From assembly GCA_964057225.1 (NCBI GenBank), contig CAXKVF010000076.1:310001-374000 (forward strand): a stretch of 64,000 nucleotides of DNA, in the 5' to 3' direction. The notes under the pieces are model-generated. The model saw nothing but the letters and a program-made list of their open reading frames with translations. It had not been told where the DNA came from and did no database searches. Position 1 is the stretch's first letter. Each line of letters starts with the position of its first letter. Both the position numbers and the translations under genes were made by a program. Origin of the DNA: Auanema rhodensis. Taxonomy: Eukaryota; Animalia; Nematoda. Below are positions 1 through 13,300 of the stretch, piece by piece.

Positions 1-19
1 TACATACCAAGTGCACATC

Positions 20-56
20 ACGTGTACATTTAATTAGCATAAATTAAAGTTCACGT
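20..56. other. Imperfect inverted repeat within each monomer (first copy shown)
   Basis: ACGTG(20-24) pairs with CACGT(52-56), AC(26-27) with GT(49-50), and TTTAATT(29-35) with AATTAAA(42-48); loop AGCATA. 14 bp paired, one mismatch, one bulge. Confidence 0.75.
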
Positions 57-67
57 AAATTTCAAAG

Positions 68-82
68 TCATGGTTACCATGA
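68..82. other. Palindrome CATGGT-T-ACCATG (13 bp; 15 bp in the A82 variant) in each monomer
   Basis: Read directly from the sequence; contains a GGTNACC (BstEII) core. Confidence 0.85.
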
Positions 83-160
83 ACCAATATCAATAAAAAT
101 TTGTTTTTAGACTAATATGGACATGGGGAATCTAATTTTGAAAATCGCATCTCTTCATCT

Positions 161-170
161 TTCACGTGAA
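161..170. other. Perfect 10-bp palindrome TTCACGTGAA with a CACGTG E-box/G-box core in each monomer
   Basis: Read directly from the sequence; no regulatory function is demonstrated. Confidence 0.8.
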
Positions 171-176
171 GCGAGT

Positions 177-352
177 TACATACCAAGTGCACATCACGTG
201 TACATTTAATTAGCATAAATTAAAGTTCACGTAAATTTCAAAGTCATGGTTACCATGCACCAATATCAATAAAAATTTGTTTTTAGACTAATATGGACAT
301 GGGGAATCTAATTTTGAAAACCGCATCTCTTTATCTTTCACGTGAAGCGAGT
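177..352 (+). repeat. Representative consensus monomer (176 bp)
   Basis: tacataccaagtgcacatcacgtgtacatttaattagcataaattaaagttcacgtaaatttcaaagtcatggttaccatgcaccaatatcaataaaaatttgtttttagactaatatggacatggggaatctaattttgaaaaccgcatctctttatctttcacgtgaagcgagt; carries the majority base at the variable sites; 57/176 G+C. Confidence 0.95.
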
Positions 353-2640
353 TACATACCAAGTGCACATCACGTGTACATTTAATTAGCATAAATTAAA
401 GTTCACGTAAATTTCAAAGTCATGGTTACCATGAAGCAATATCAATAAAAATTTGTTTTTAGACTAATATGGACATGGGGAATCTAATTTTGAAAACCGC
501 ATCTCTTTATCTTTCACGTGAAGCGAGTTACATACCAAGTGCACATCACGTGTACATTTAATTAGCATAAATTAAAGTTCACGTAAATTTCAAAGTCATG
601 GTTACCATGAACCAATATCAATAAAAATTTGTTTTTAGACTAATATGGACATGGGGAATCTAATTTTAAAAACCGCATCTCTTTATCTTTCACGTGAAGC
701 GAGTTACATACCAAGTGCACATCACGTGTACATTTAATTAGCATAAATTAAAGTTCACGTAAATTTCAAAGTCATGGTTACCATGAACCAATATCAATAA
801 CAATTTGTTTTTAGACTAATATGGACATGGGCAATCTAATTTTGAAAACCGCATCTTTTTATCTTTCACGTGAAGCGAGTTACATACCAAGTGCACATCA
901 CGTGTACATTTAATTAGCATAAATTAAAGTTCACGTAAATTTCAAAGTCATGGTTACCATGAACCAATATGTATAAAAATTTGTTTTTAGACTAATATGG
1001 ACATGGGGAATCTAATTTTGAAAACCGCATCTCTTCATCTTTCACGTGAAGCGAGTTACATACCAAGTGCACATCACGTGTACATTCAATTAGCATAAAT
1101 TAAAGTTCACGTAAATTTCAAAGTCATGGTTACCATGAACCAATATCAATAAAAATTTGTTTTTAGACTAATATGGACATGGGGAATCTAATTTTGAAAA
1201 CCGCATCTCTTTATCTTTCACGTGAAGCGAGTTACATACCAAGTGCACATCACGTGTACATTTAATTAGCATAAATTAAAGTTCACGTAAATTTCAAAGT
1301 CATGGTTACCATGCACCAATATCAATAAAAATTTGTTTTTAGACTAATATGGACATGGGGAATCTAATTTTGAAAACCGCATCTCTTTATCTTTCACGTG
1401 AAGCGAGTTACATACCAAGTGCACATCACGTGTACATTCAATTAGCATAAATTAAAGTTCACGTAAATTTCAAAGTCATGGTTACCATGAAGCAATATCA
1501 ATAAAAATTTGTTTTTAGACTAATATGGAAATGGGGAATCTAATTTTGAAAACCGCATCTCTTTATCTTTCACGTGAAGCGAGTTACATACCAAGTGCAC
1601 ATCACGTGTACATTTAATTAGCATAAATTAAAGTTCACGTAAATTTCAAAGTCATGGTTACCATGAACCAATATCAATAAAAATTTGTTTTTAGACTAAT
1701 ATGGACATGGGGAATCTAATTTTGAAAACCGCATCTCTTTATCTTTCACGTGAAGCGAGTTACATACCAAGTGCACATCACGTGTACATTTAATTAGCAT
1801 AAATTAAAGTTCACGTAAATTTCAAAGTCATGGTTACCATGCACCAATATCAATAAAAATTTGTTTTTAGACTAATATGGACATGGGGAATCTAATTTTG
1901 AAAATCGCATCTCTTTATCTTTCACGTGAAGCGAGTTACATACCAAGTGCACATCAAGTGTACATTTAATTAGCATAAATTAAAGTTCACGTAAATTTCA
2001 AAGTCATGGTTACCATGCACCAATATCAATAAAAATTTGTTTTTAGACTAATATGGACATGGGGAATCTAATTTTGAAAACCGCATCTCTTTATCTTTCA
2101 CGTGAAGCGAGTTACATACCAAGTGCACATCACGTGTACATTCAATTAGCATAAATTAAAGTTCACGTAAATTTCAAAGTCATGGTTACCATGAAGCAAT
2201 ATCAATAAAAATTTGTTTTTAGACTAATATGGAAATGGGGAATCTAATTTTGAAAACCGCATCTCTTCATCTTTCACGTGAAGCGAGTTACATACCAAGT
2301 GCACATCACGTGTACATTCAATTAGCATAAATTAAAGTTCACGTAAATTTCAAAGTCATGGTTACCATGAACCAATATCAATAAAAATTTGTTTTTAGAC
2401 TAATATGGACATGGGGAATCTAATTTTGAAAACCGCATCTCTTTATCTTTCACGTGAAGCGAGTTACATACCAAGTGCACATCACGTGTACATTCAATTA
2501 GCATAAATTAAAGTTCACGTAAATTTCAAAGTCATGGTTACCATGAACCAATATCAATAAAAATTTGTTTTTAGACTAATATGGACATGGGGAATCTAAT
2601 TTTGAAAACCGCATCTCTTTATCTTTCACGTGAAGCGAGT

Positions 2641-5104
2641 TACATACCAAGTGCACATCACGTGTACATTTAATTAGCATAAATTAAAGTTCACGTAAAT
2701 TTCAAAGTCACGGTTACCATGCACCAATATCAATAAAAATTTGTTTTTAGACTAATATGGACATGGGGAATCTAATTTTGAAAACCGCATCTCTTTATCT
2801 TTCACGTGAAGCGAGTTACATACCAAGTGCACATCAAGTGTACATTTAATTAGCATAAATTAAAGTTCACGTAAATTTCAAAGTCATGGTTACCATGCAC
2901 CAATATCAATAAAAATTTGTTTTTAGACTAATATGGACATGGGGAATCTAATTTTGAAAACCGCATCTCTTTATCTTTCACGTGAAGCGAGTTACATACC
3001 AAGTGCACATCACGTGTACATTTAATTAGCATAAATTAAAGTTCACGTAAATTTCAAAGTCATGGTTACCATGAACCAATATCAATAAAAATTTGTTTTT
3101 AGACTAATATGGACATGGGGAATCTAATTTTGAAAATCGCATCTCTTCATCTTTCACGTGAAGCGAGTTACATACCAAGTGCACATCACGTGTACATTTA
3201 ATTAGCATAAATTAAAGTTCACGTAAATTTCAAAGTCATGGTTACCATGCACCAATATCAATAAAAATTTGTTTTTAGACTAATATGGACATGGGGAATC
3301 TAATTTTGAAAACCGCATCTCTTTATCTTTCACGTGAAGCGAGTTACATACCAAGTGCACATCACGTGTACATTCAATTAGCATAAATTAAAGTTCACGT
3401 AAATTTCAAAGTCATGGTTACCATGAAGCAATATCAATAAAAATTTGTTTTTAGACTAATATGGAAATGGGGAATCTAATTTTGAAAACCGCATCTCTTC
3501 ATCTTTCACGTGAAGCGAGTTACATACCAAGTGCACATCACGTGTACATTCAATTAGCATAAATTAAAGTTCACGTAAATTTCAAAGTCATGGTTACCAT
3601 GAACCAATATCAATAAAAATTTGTTTTTAGACTAATATGGACATGGGGAATCTAATTTTGAAAACCGCATCTCTTTATCTTTCACGTGAAGCGAGTTACA
3701 TACCAAATGCACATCACGTGTACATTTAATTAGCATAAATTAAAGTTCACGTAAATTTCAAAGTCATGGTTACCATGCACCAATATCAATAAAAATTTGT
3801 TTTTAGACTAATATGGACATGGGGAATCTAATTTTGAAAACCGCATCTCTTTATCTTTCACGTGAAGCGAGTTACATACCAAGTGCACATCACGTGTACA
3901 TTTAATTAGCATAAATTAAAGTTCACGTAAATTTCAAAGTCACGGTTACCATGCACCAATATCAATAAAAATTTGTTTTTAGACTAATATGGACATGGGG
4001 AATCTAATTTTGAAAACCGCATCTCTTTATCTTTCACGTGAAGCGAGTTACATACCAAGTGCACATCAAGTGTACATTTAATTAGCATAAATTAAAGTTC
4101 ACGTAAATTTCAAAGTCATGGTTACCATGCACCAATATCAATAAAAATTTGTTTTTAGACTAATATGGACATGGGGAATCTAATTTTGAAAACCGCATCT
4201 CTTTATCTTTCACGTGAAGCGAGTTACATACCAAGTGCACATCACGTGTACATTTAATTAGCATAAATTAAAGTTCACGTAAATTTCAAAGTCATGGTTA
4301 CCATGAACCAATATCAATAAAAATTTGTTTTTAGACTAATATGGACATGGGGAATCTAATTTTGAAAATCGCATCTCTTCATCTTTCACGTGAAGCGAGT
4401 TACATACCAAGTGCACATCACGTGTACATTTAATTAGCATAAATTAAAGTTCACGTAAATTTCAAAGTCATGGTTACCATGCACCAATATCAATAAAAAT
4501 TTGTTTTTAGACTAATATGGACATGGGGAATCTAATTTTGAAAACCGCATCTCTTTATCTTTCACGTGAAGCGAGTTACATACCAAGTGCACATCACGTG
4601 TACATTCAATTAGCATAAATTAAAGTTCACGTAAATTTCAAAGTCATGGTTACCATGAAGCAATATCAATAAAAATTTGTTTTTAGACTAATATGGAAAT
4701 GGGGAATCTAATTTTGAAAACCGCATCTCTTCATCTTTCACGTGAAGCGAGTTACATACCAAGTGCACATCACGTGTACATTCAATTAGCATAAATTAAA
4801 GTTCACGTAAATTTCAAAGTCATGGTTACCATGAACCAATATCAATAAAAATTTGTTTTTAGACTAATATGGACATGGGGAATCTAATTTTGAAAACCGC
4901 ATCTCTTTATCTTTCACGTGAAGCGAGTTACATACCAAATGCACATCACGTGTACATTTAATTAGCATAAATTAAAGTTCACGTAAATTTCAAAGTCATG
5001 GTTACCATGCACCAATATCAATAAAAATTTGTTTTTAGACTAATATGGACATGGGGAATCTAATTTTGAAAACCGCATCTCTTTATCTTTCACGTGAAGC
5101 GAGT
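2641..5104. repeat. 7-monomer HOR (1232 bp), two full copies, with partial copies extending about 2113-5632
   Basis: Rare variant T71C (gtcaCggtt) at 2711, 3943 and 5175, exactly 1232 bp apart. The same order of marked monomers repeats: cacgg / catcaag / gaacc+aatcg+cttcat / consensus / ttcaat+gaagc+ggaaat / ttcaat+gaacc / ccaaatgc. Confidence 0.9.
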
Positions 5105-7392
5105 TACATACCAAGTGCACATCACGTGTACATTTAATTAGCATAAATTAAAGTTCACGTAAATTTCAAAGTCACGGTTACCATGCACCAATATCAATAA
5201 AAATTTGTTTTTAGACTAATATGGACATGGGGAATCTAATTTTGAAAACCGCATCTCTTTATCTTTCACGTGAAGCGAGTTACATACCAAGTGCACATCA
5301 CGTGTACATTTAATTAGCATAAATTAAAGTTCACGTAAATTTCAAAGTCATGGTTACCATGAACCAATATCAATAAAAATTTGTTTTTAGACTAATATGG
5401 ACATGGGGAATCTAATTTTGAAAATCGCATCTCTTCATCTTTCACGTGAAGCGAGTTACATACCAAGTGCACATCACGTGTACATTTAATTAGCATAAAT
5501 TAAAGTTCACGTAAATTTCAAAGTCATGGTTACCATGCACCAATATCAATAAAAATTTGTTTTTAGACTAATATGGACATGGGGAATCTAATTTTGAAAA
5601 CCGCATCTCTTTATCTTTCACGTGAAGCGAGTTACATACCAAGTGCACATCACGTGTACATTTAATTAGCATAAATTAAAGTTCACGTAAATTTCAAAGC
5701 CATGGTTACCATGAACCAATATCAATAAAAATTTGTTTTTAGACTAATATGGACATGGGGAATCTAATTTTGAAAACCGCATCTCTTTATCTTTCACGTG
5801 AAGCGAGTTACATACCAAGTGCACATCACGTGTACATTTAATTAGCATAAATTAAAGTTCACGTAAATTTCAAAGTCGTGGTTACCATGCACCAATATCA
5901 ATAAAAATTCGTTTTTAGACTAATATGGACATGGGGAATCTAATTTTGAAAACCGCATCTCTTTATCTTTCACGTGAAGCGAGTTACATACCAAGTGCAC
6001 ATCACGTGTACATTTAATTAGTATAAATTAAAGTTCACGTAAATTTCAAAGTCATGGTTACCATGCACCAATATCAATAAAAATTTGTTTTTAGACTAAT
6101 ATGGACATGGGGAATCTAATTTTGAAAACCGTATCTCTTTATCTTTCACGTGAAGCGAGTTACATACCAAGTGCACATCACGTGTACATTTAATTAGCAT
6201 AAATTAAAGTTCACGTAAATTTCAAAGTCATGGTTACCATGAACCAATATCAATAACAATTTGTTTTTAGACTAATATGGACATGGGCAATCTAATTTTG
6301 AAAACCGCATCTCTTTATCTTTCACGTGAAGCGAGTTACATACCAAGTGCACATCACGTGTACATTTAATTAGCATAAATTAAAGTTCACGTAAATTTCA
6401 AAGTCATGGTTACCATGCACCAATATCAATAAAAATTTGTTTTTAGACTAATATGGACATGGGGAATCTAATTTTGAAAACCGCATCTCTTCATCTTTCA
6501 CGTGAAGCGAGTTACATACCAAGTGCACATCACGTGTACATTTAATTAGCATAAATTAAAGTTCACGTAAATTTCAAAGTCATGGTTACCATGAACCAAT
6601 ATCAATAACAATTTGTTTTTAGACTAATATGGACATGGGCAATCTAATTTTGAAAACCGCATCTCTTTATCTTTCACGTGAAGCGAGTTACATACCAAGT
6701 GCACATCACGTGTACATTTAATTAGCATAAATTAAAGTTCACGTAAATTTCAAAGTCATGGTTACCATGAACCAATATCAATAAAAATTTGTTTTTAGAC
6801 TAATATGGACATGGGGAATCTAATTTTGAAACCCGCATCTCTTCATCTTTCACGTGAAGCGAGTTACATACCAAGTGCACATCACGTGTACATTTAATTA
6901 GCATAAATTAAAGTTCACGTAAATTTCAAAGTCATGGTTACCATGAACCAATATCAATAACAATTTGTTTTTAGACTAATATGGACATGGGCAATCTAAT
7001 TTTGAAAACCGCATCTTTTTATCTTTCACGTGAAGCGAGTTACATACCAAGTGCACATCACGTGTACATTTAATTAGCATAAATTAAAGTTCACGTAAAT
7101 TTCAAAGTCATGGTTACCATGAACCAATATGTATAAAAATTTGTTTTTAGACTAATATGGACATGGGGAATCTAATTTTGAAAACCGCATCTCTTCATCT
7201 TTCACGTGAAGCGAGTTACATACCAAGTGCACATCACGTGTACATTTAATTAGCATAAATTAAAGTTCACGTAAATTTCAAAGTCATGGTTACCATGCAC
7301 CAATATCAATAAAAATTTGTTTTTAGACTAATATGGACATGGGGAATCTAATTTTGAAAACCGCATCTCTTTATCTTTCACGTGAAGCGAGT

Positions 7393-10300
7393 TACATACC
7401 AAGTGCACATCACGTGTACATTTAATTAGCATAAATTAAAGTTCACGTAAATTTCAAAGTCATGGTTACCATGCACCAATATCAATCAAAATTTGTTTTT
7501 AGACTAATATGGACATGAGGAATCTAATTTTGAAAACCGCATCTCTTTATCTTTCACGTGAAGCGAGTTACATACCAAATGCACATCACGTGTACATTTA
7601 ATTAGCATAAATTAAAGTTCACGTAAATTTCAAAGTCGTGGTTACCATGCACCAATATCAATAAAAATTCGTTTTTAGACTAATATGGACATGGGGAATC
7701 TAATTTTGAAAACCGCATCTCTTTATCTTTCACGTGAAGCGAGTTACATACCAAGTGCACATCACGTGTACATTTAATTAGCATAAATTAAAGTTCACGT
7801 AAATTTCAAAGTCATGGTTACCATGCACCAATATCAATAAAAATTTGTTTTTAGACTAATATGGACATGGGGAATCTAATTTTGAAAACCGCATCTCTTT
7901 ATCTTTCACGTGAAGCGAGTTACATACAAAGTGCACATCACGTGTACATTTAATTAGCATAAATTAAAGTTCACGTAAATTTCAAAGTCGTGGTTACCAT
8001 GCACCAATATCAATAAAAATTCGTTTTTAGACTAATATGGACATGGGGAATCTAATTTTGAAAACCGCATCTCTTTATCTTTCACGTGAAGCGAGTTACA
8101 TACCAAGTGCACATCACGTGTACATTTAATTAGCATAAATTAAAGTTCACGTAAATTTCAAAGTCATGGTTACCATGCACCAATATCAATAAAAATTCGT
8201 TTTTAGACTAATATGGACATGGGGAATCTAATTTTGAAAACCGCATCTCTTTATCTTTCACGTGAAGCGAGTTACATACCAAGTGCACATCACGTGTACA
8301 TTTAATTAGCATAAATTAAAGTTCACGTAAATTTCAAAGTCGTGGTTACCATGCACCAATATCAATAAAAATTCGTTTTTAGACTAATATGGACATGGGG
8401 AATCTAACTTTGAAAACCGCATCTCTTTATCTTTCACGTGAAGCGAGTTACATACCAAGTGCACATCACGTGTACATTTAATTAGCATAAATTAAAGTTC
8501 ACGTAAATTTTCAAAGTCATGGTTACCATGCACCAATATCAATAAAAATTTGTTTTTAGACTATATGGACATGGGGAATCTAATTTGAAAACCGCATCTC
8601 TTCATCTTTCACGTGAAGCGAGTTACATACCAAGTGCACATCAAGTGTACATTTAATTAGCATAAATTAAAGTTCACGTAAATTTCAAAGTCATGGTTAC
8701 CATGCACCAATATCAATAAAAATTGTTTTTAGACTAATATGGACATGGGGAATCTAATTTTGAAAATCGCATCTCTTTATCTTTCACGTGAAGCGAGTTA
8801 CATACCAAGTGCACATCACGTGTACATTAATTAGCATAAATTAAAGTTCACGTAAGTTTCAAAGTCATGGTTACCATGCACCAATATCAATAAAAATTTG
8901 TTTTTAGACTAATATGGACATGGGGAATCTAATTTTGAAAACCGCATCTCTTTATCTTTCACGTGAACCGAGTTACATACCAAGTGCACATCACGTGGTA
9001 CATTTAATTAGCATAAATTAAAGTTCACGTAAATTTCAAAGTCATGGTTACCATGAACCAATATCAATAAAAATTTGTTTTTAGACTAATATGGACATGG
9101 GGAATCTAATTTTGAAAACCGCATCTCTTTATCTTTCACGTGAAGCGAGTTACATACCAAGTGCACATCACGTGTACATTTAATTAGCCATAAATTAAAG
9201 TTCACGTAAATTTCAAAGTCATGGTTACCATGCACCAATATCAATAAAAATTTGTTTTTAGACTAATATGGACATGAGGAATCTAATTTTGAAAACCGCA
9301 TCTCTTTATCTTTCACGTGAAGCGAGTTACATACCAAGTGCACATCACGTGTACATTTAATTAGCATAAATTAAAGTTCACGTAAATTTCAAAGTCATGG
9401 TTACCATGCACCAATATCAATAAAAATTTGTTTTTAGACTAATATGGACATGAGGAATCTAATTTTGAAAACCGCATCTCTTTATCTTTCACGTGAAGCG
9501 AGTTACATACCAAATGCACATCACGTGTACATTTAATTAGCATAAATTAAAGTTCACGTAAATTTCAAAGTCGTGGTTACCATGCACCAATATCAATAAA
9601 AATTCGTTTTTAGACTAATATGGACATGGGGAATCTAATTTTGAAAACCGCATCTCTTTATCTTTCACGTGAAGCGAGTTACATACCAAGTGCACATCAC
9701 GTGTACATTTAATTAGCATAAATTAAAGTTCACGTAAATTTCAAAGTCATGGTTACCATGCACCAATATCAATAAAAATTTGTTTTTAGACTAATATGGA
9801 CATGGGGAATCTAATTTTGAAAACCGCATCTCTTTATCTTTCACGTGAAGCGAGTTACATACCAAGTGCACATCACGTGTACATTTAATTAGCATAAATT
9901 AAAGTTCACGTAAATTTCAAAGTCGTGGTTACCATGCACCAATATCAATAAAAATTCGTTTTTAGACTAATATGGACATGGGGAATCTAATTTTGAAAAC
10001 CGCATCTCTTTATCTTTCACGTGAAGCGAGTTACATACCAAGTGCACATCACGTGTACATTTAATTAGCATAAATTAAAGTTCACGTAAATTTCAAAGTC
10101 ATGGTTACCATGCACCAATATCAATAAAAATTCGTTTTTAGACTAATATGGACATGGGGAATCTAATTTTGAAAACCGCATCTCTTTATCTTTCACGTGA
10201 AGCGAGTTACATACCAAGTGCACATCACGTGTACATTTAATTAGCATAAATTAAAGTTCACGTAAATTTCAAAGTCGTGGTTACCATGCACCAATATCAA

Positions 10301-13300
10301 TAAAAATTCGTTTTTAGACTAATATGGACATGGGGAATCTAACTTTGAAAACCGCATCTCTTTATCTTTCACGTGAAGCGAGTTACATACCAAGTGCACA
10401 TCACGTGTACATTTAATTAGCATAAATTAAAGTTCACGTAAATTTCAAAGTCATGGTTACCATGCACCAATATCAATAAAAATTTGTTTTTAGACTAATA
10501 TGGACATGGGGAATCTAATTTCGAAAACCGCATCTCTTTATCTTTCACGTGAAGCGAGTTACATACCAAGTGCACATCACGTGTACATTTAATTAGCATA
10601 AATTAAAGTTCACGTAAATTTCAAAGTCATGGTTACCATGCACCAATATCAATAAAAATTTGTTTTTAGACTAATATGGACATGGGGAATCTAATTTTGA
10701 AAACCGCATCTCTTCATCTTTCACGTGAAGCGAGTTACATACCAAGTGCACATCAAGTGTACATTTAATTAGCATAAATTAAAGTTCACGTAAATTTCAA
10801 AGTCATGGTTACCATGAACCAATATCAATAAAAATTTGTTTTTAGACTAATATGGACATGGGGAATCTAATTTTGAAAATCGCATCTCTTTATCTTTCAC
10901 GTGAAGCGAGTTACATACCAAGTGCACATCACGTGTACATTTAATTAGCATAAATTAAAGTTCACGTAAATTTCAAAGTCATGGTTACCATGCACCAATA
11001 TCAATAAAAATTTGTTTTTAGACTAATATGGACATGGGGAATCTAATTTTGAAAACCGCATCTCTTTATCTTTCACGTGAAGCGAGTTACATACCAAGTG
11101 CACATCACGTGTACATTTAATTAGCATAAATTAAAGTTCACGTAAATTTCAAAGTCATGGTTACCATGAACCAATATCAATAAAAATTTGTTTTTAGACT
11201 AATATGGACATGGGGAATCTAATTTTGAAAACCGCATATCTTTATCTTTCACGTGAAGCGAGTTACATACCAAGTGCACATCACGTGTACATTTAATTAG
11301 CATAAATTAAAGTTCACGTAAAATTCAAAGTCATGGTTACCATGAACCAATATCAATAAAAATTTGTTTTTAGACTAATATGGACATGGGGAATCTAATT
11401 TTGAAAACCGCATCTCTTTATCTTTCACGTGAAGCGAGTTACATACCAAGTGCACATCACGTGTACATTTAATTAGCATAAATTAAAGTTCACGTAAATT
11501 TCAAAGTCATGGTTACCATGCACCAATATCAATAAAAATTTGTTTTTAGACTAATATGGACATGAGGAATCTAATTTTGAAAACCGCATCTCTTTATCTT
11601 TCACGTGAAGCGAGTTACATACCAAGTGCACATCACGTGTACATTTAATTAGCATAAATTAAAGTTCACGTAAATTTCAAAGTCATGGTTACCATGCACC
11701 AATATCAATTAAAATTTGTTTTTAGACTAATATGGACATGAGGAATCTAATTTTGAAAACCGCATCTCTTTATCTTTCACGTGAAGCGAGTTACATACCA
11801 AATGCACATCACGTGTACATTTAATTAGCATAAATTAAAGTTCACGTAAATTTCAAAGTCGTGGTTACCATGCACCAATATCAATAAAAATTTGTTTTTA
11901 GACTAATATGGACATGGGGAATCTAATTTTGAAAACCGCATCTCTTTATCTTTCACGTGAAGCGAGTTACATACCAAGTGCACATCACGTGTACATTTAA
12001 TTAGCATAAATTAAAGTTCACGTAAATTTCAAAGTCGTGGTTACCATGCACCAATATCAATAAAAATTCGTTTTTAGACTAATATGGACATGGGGAATCT
12101 AATTTTGAAAACCGCATCTCTTTATCTTTCACGTGAAGCGAGTTACATACCAAGTGCACATCACGTGTACATTTAATTAGCATAAATTAAAGTTCACGTA
12201 AATTTCAAAGTCATGGTTACCATGCACCAATATCAATAAAAATTCGTTTTTAGACTAATATGGACATGGGGAATCTAATTTTGAAAACCGCATCTCTTTA
12301 TCTTTCACGTGAAGCGAGTTACATACCAAGTGCACATCACGTGTACATTTAATTAGCATAAATTAAAGTTCACGTAAATTTCAAAGTCGTGGTTACCATG
12401 CACCAATATCAATAAAAATTCGTTTTTAGACTAATATGGACATGGGGAATCTAACTTTGAAAACCGCATCTCTTTATCTTTCACGTGAAGCGAGTTACAT
12501 ACCAAGTGCACATCACGTGTACATTTAATTAGCATAAATTAAAGTTCACGTAAATTTCAAAGTCATGGTTACCATGCACCAATATCAATAAAAATTTGTT
12601 TTTAGACTAATATGGACATGGGGAATCTAATTTCGAAAACCGCATCTCTTTATCTTTCACGTGAAGCGAGTTACATACCAAGTGCACATCACGTGTACAT
12701 TTAATTAGCATAAATTAAAGTTCACGTAAATTTCAAAGTCATGGTTACCATGCACCAATATCAATAAAAATTTGTTTTTAGACTAATATGGACATGGGGA
12801 ATCTAATTTTGAAAACCGCATCTCTTTATCTTTCACGTGAAGCGAGTTACATACCAAGTGCACATCACGTGTACATTTAATTAGCATAAATTAAAGTTCA
12901 CGTAAAATTCAAAGTCATGGTTACCATGAACCAATATCAATAAAAATTTGTTTTTAGACTAATATGGACATGGGGAATCTAATTTTGAAAACCGCATCTC
13001 TTTATCTTTCACGTGAAGCGAGTTACATACCAAGTGCACATCACGTGTACATTTAATTAGCATAAATTAAAGTTCACGTAAATTTCAAAGTCATGGTTAC
13101 CATGCACCGATATCAATAAAAATTTGTTTTTAGACTAATATGGACATGAGGAATCTAATTTTGAAAACCGCATCTCTTTATCTTTCACGTGAAGCGAGTT
13201 ACATACCAAGTGCACATCACGTGTACATTTAATTAGCATAAATTAAAGTTCACGTAAATTTCAAAGTCATGGTTACCATGCACCAATATCAATTAAAATT

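Noticed and set aside
17-150. Full yeast-type point centromere (CDEI-CDEII-CDEIII) in each monomer
   Set aside because: The CDEI 8-mer matches, but the following ~80 bp is far from the >90% AT of CDEII, and TGTTTTT and CCG are not arranged as in CDEIII (no TTCCGAA).
1-176. Assignment to known 176-178-bp satellites (Brassica CentBr, Arabidopsis CEN178, Apis mellifera AluI)
   Set aside because: Only the length matches. The monomer lacks AAGCTT and AGCT sites, and I recognise no sequence similarity. A database search is needed.
7662-7677. UUCG tetraloop hairpin or terminator-like TAAAAA-TTCG-TTTTTA in T102C monomers
   Set aside because: The stem is all A/T and lacks the C-G closing pair; there is no transcription context. 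Likely coincidental.
7660-7690. CENP-B box created by the T102C (TTCG) variant
   Set aside because: TTCG is not followed by the required A and CGGG of NTTCGNNNNANNCGGGN.
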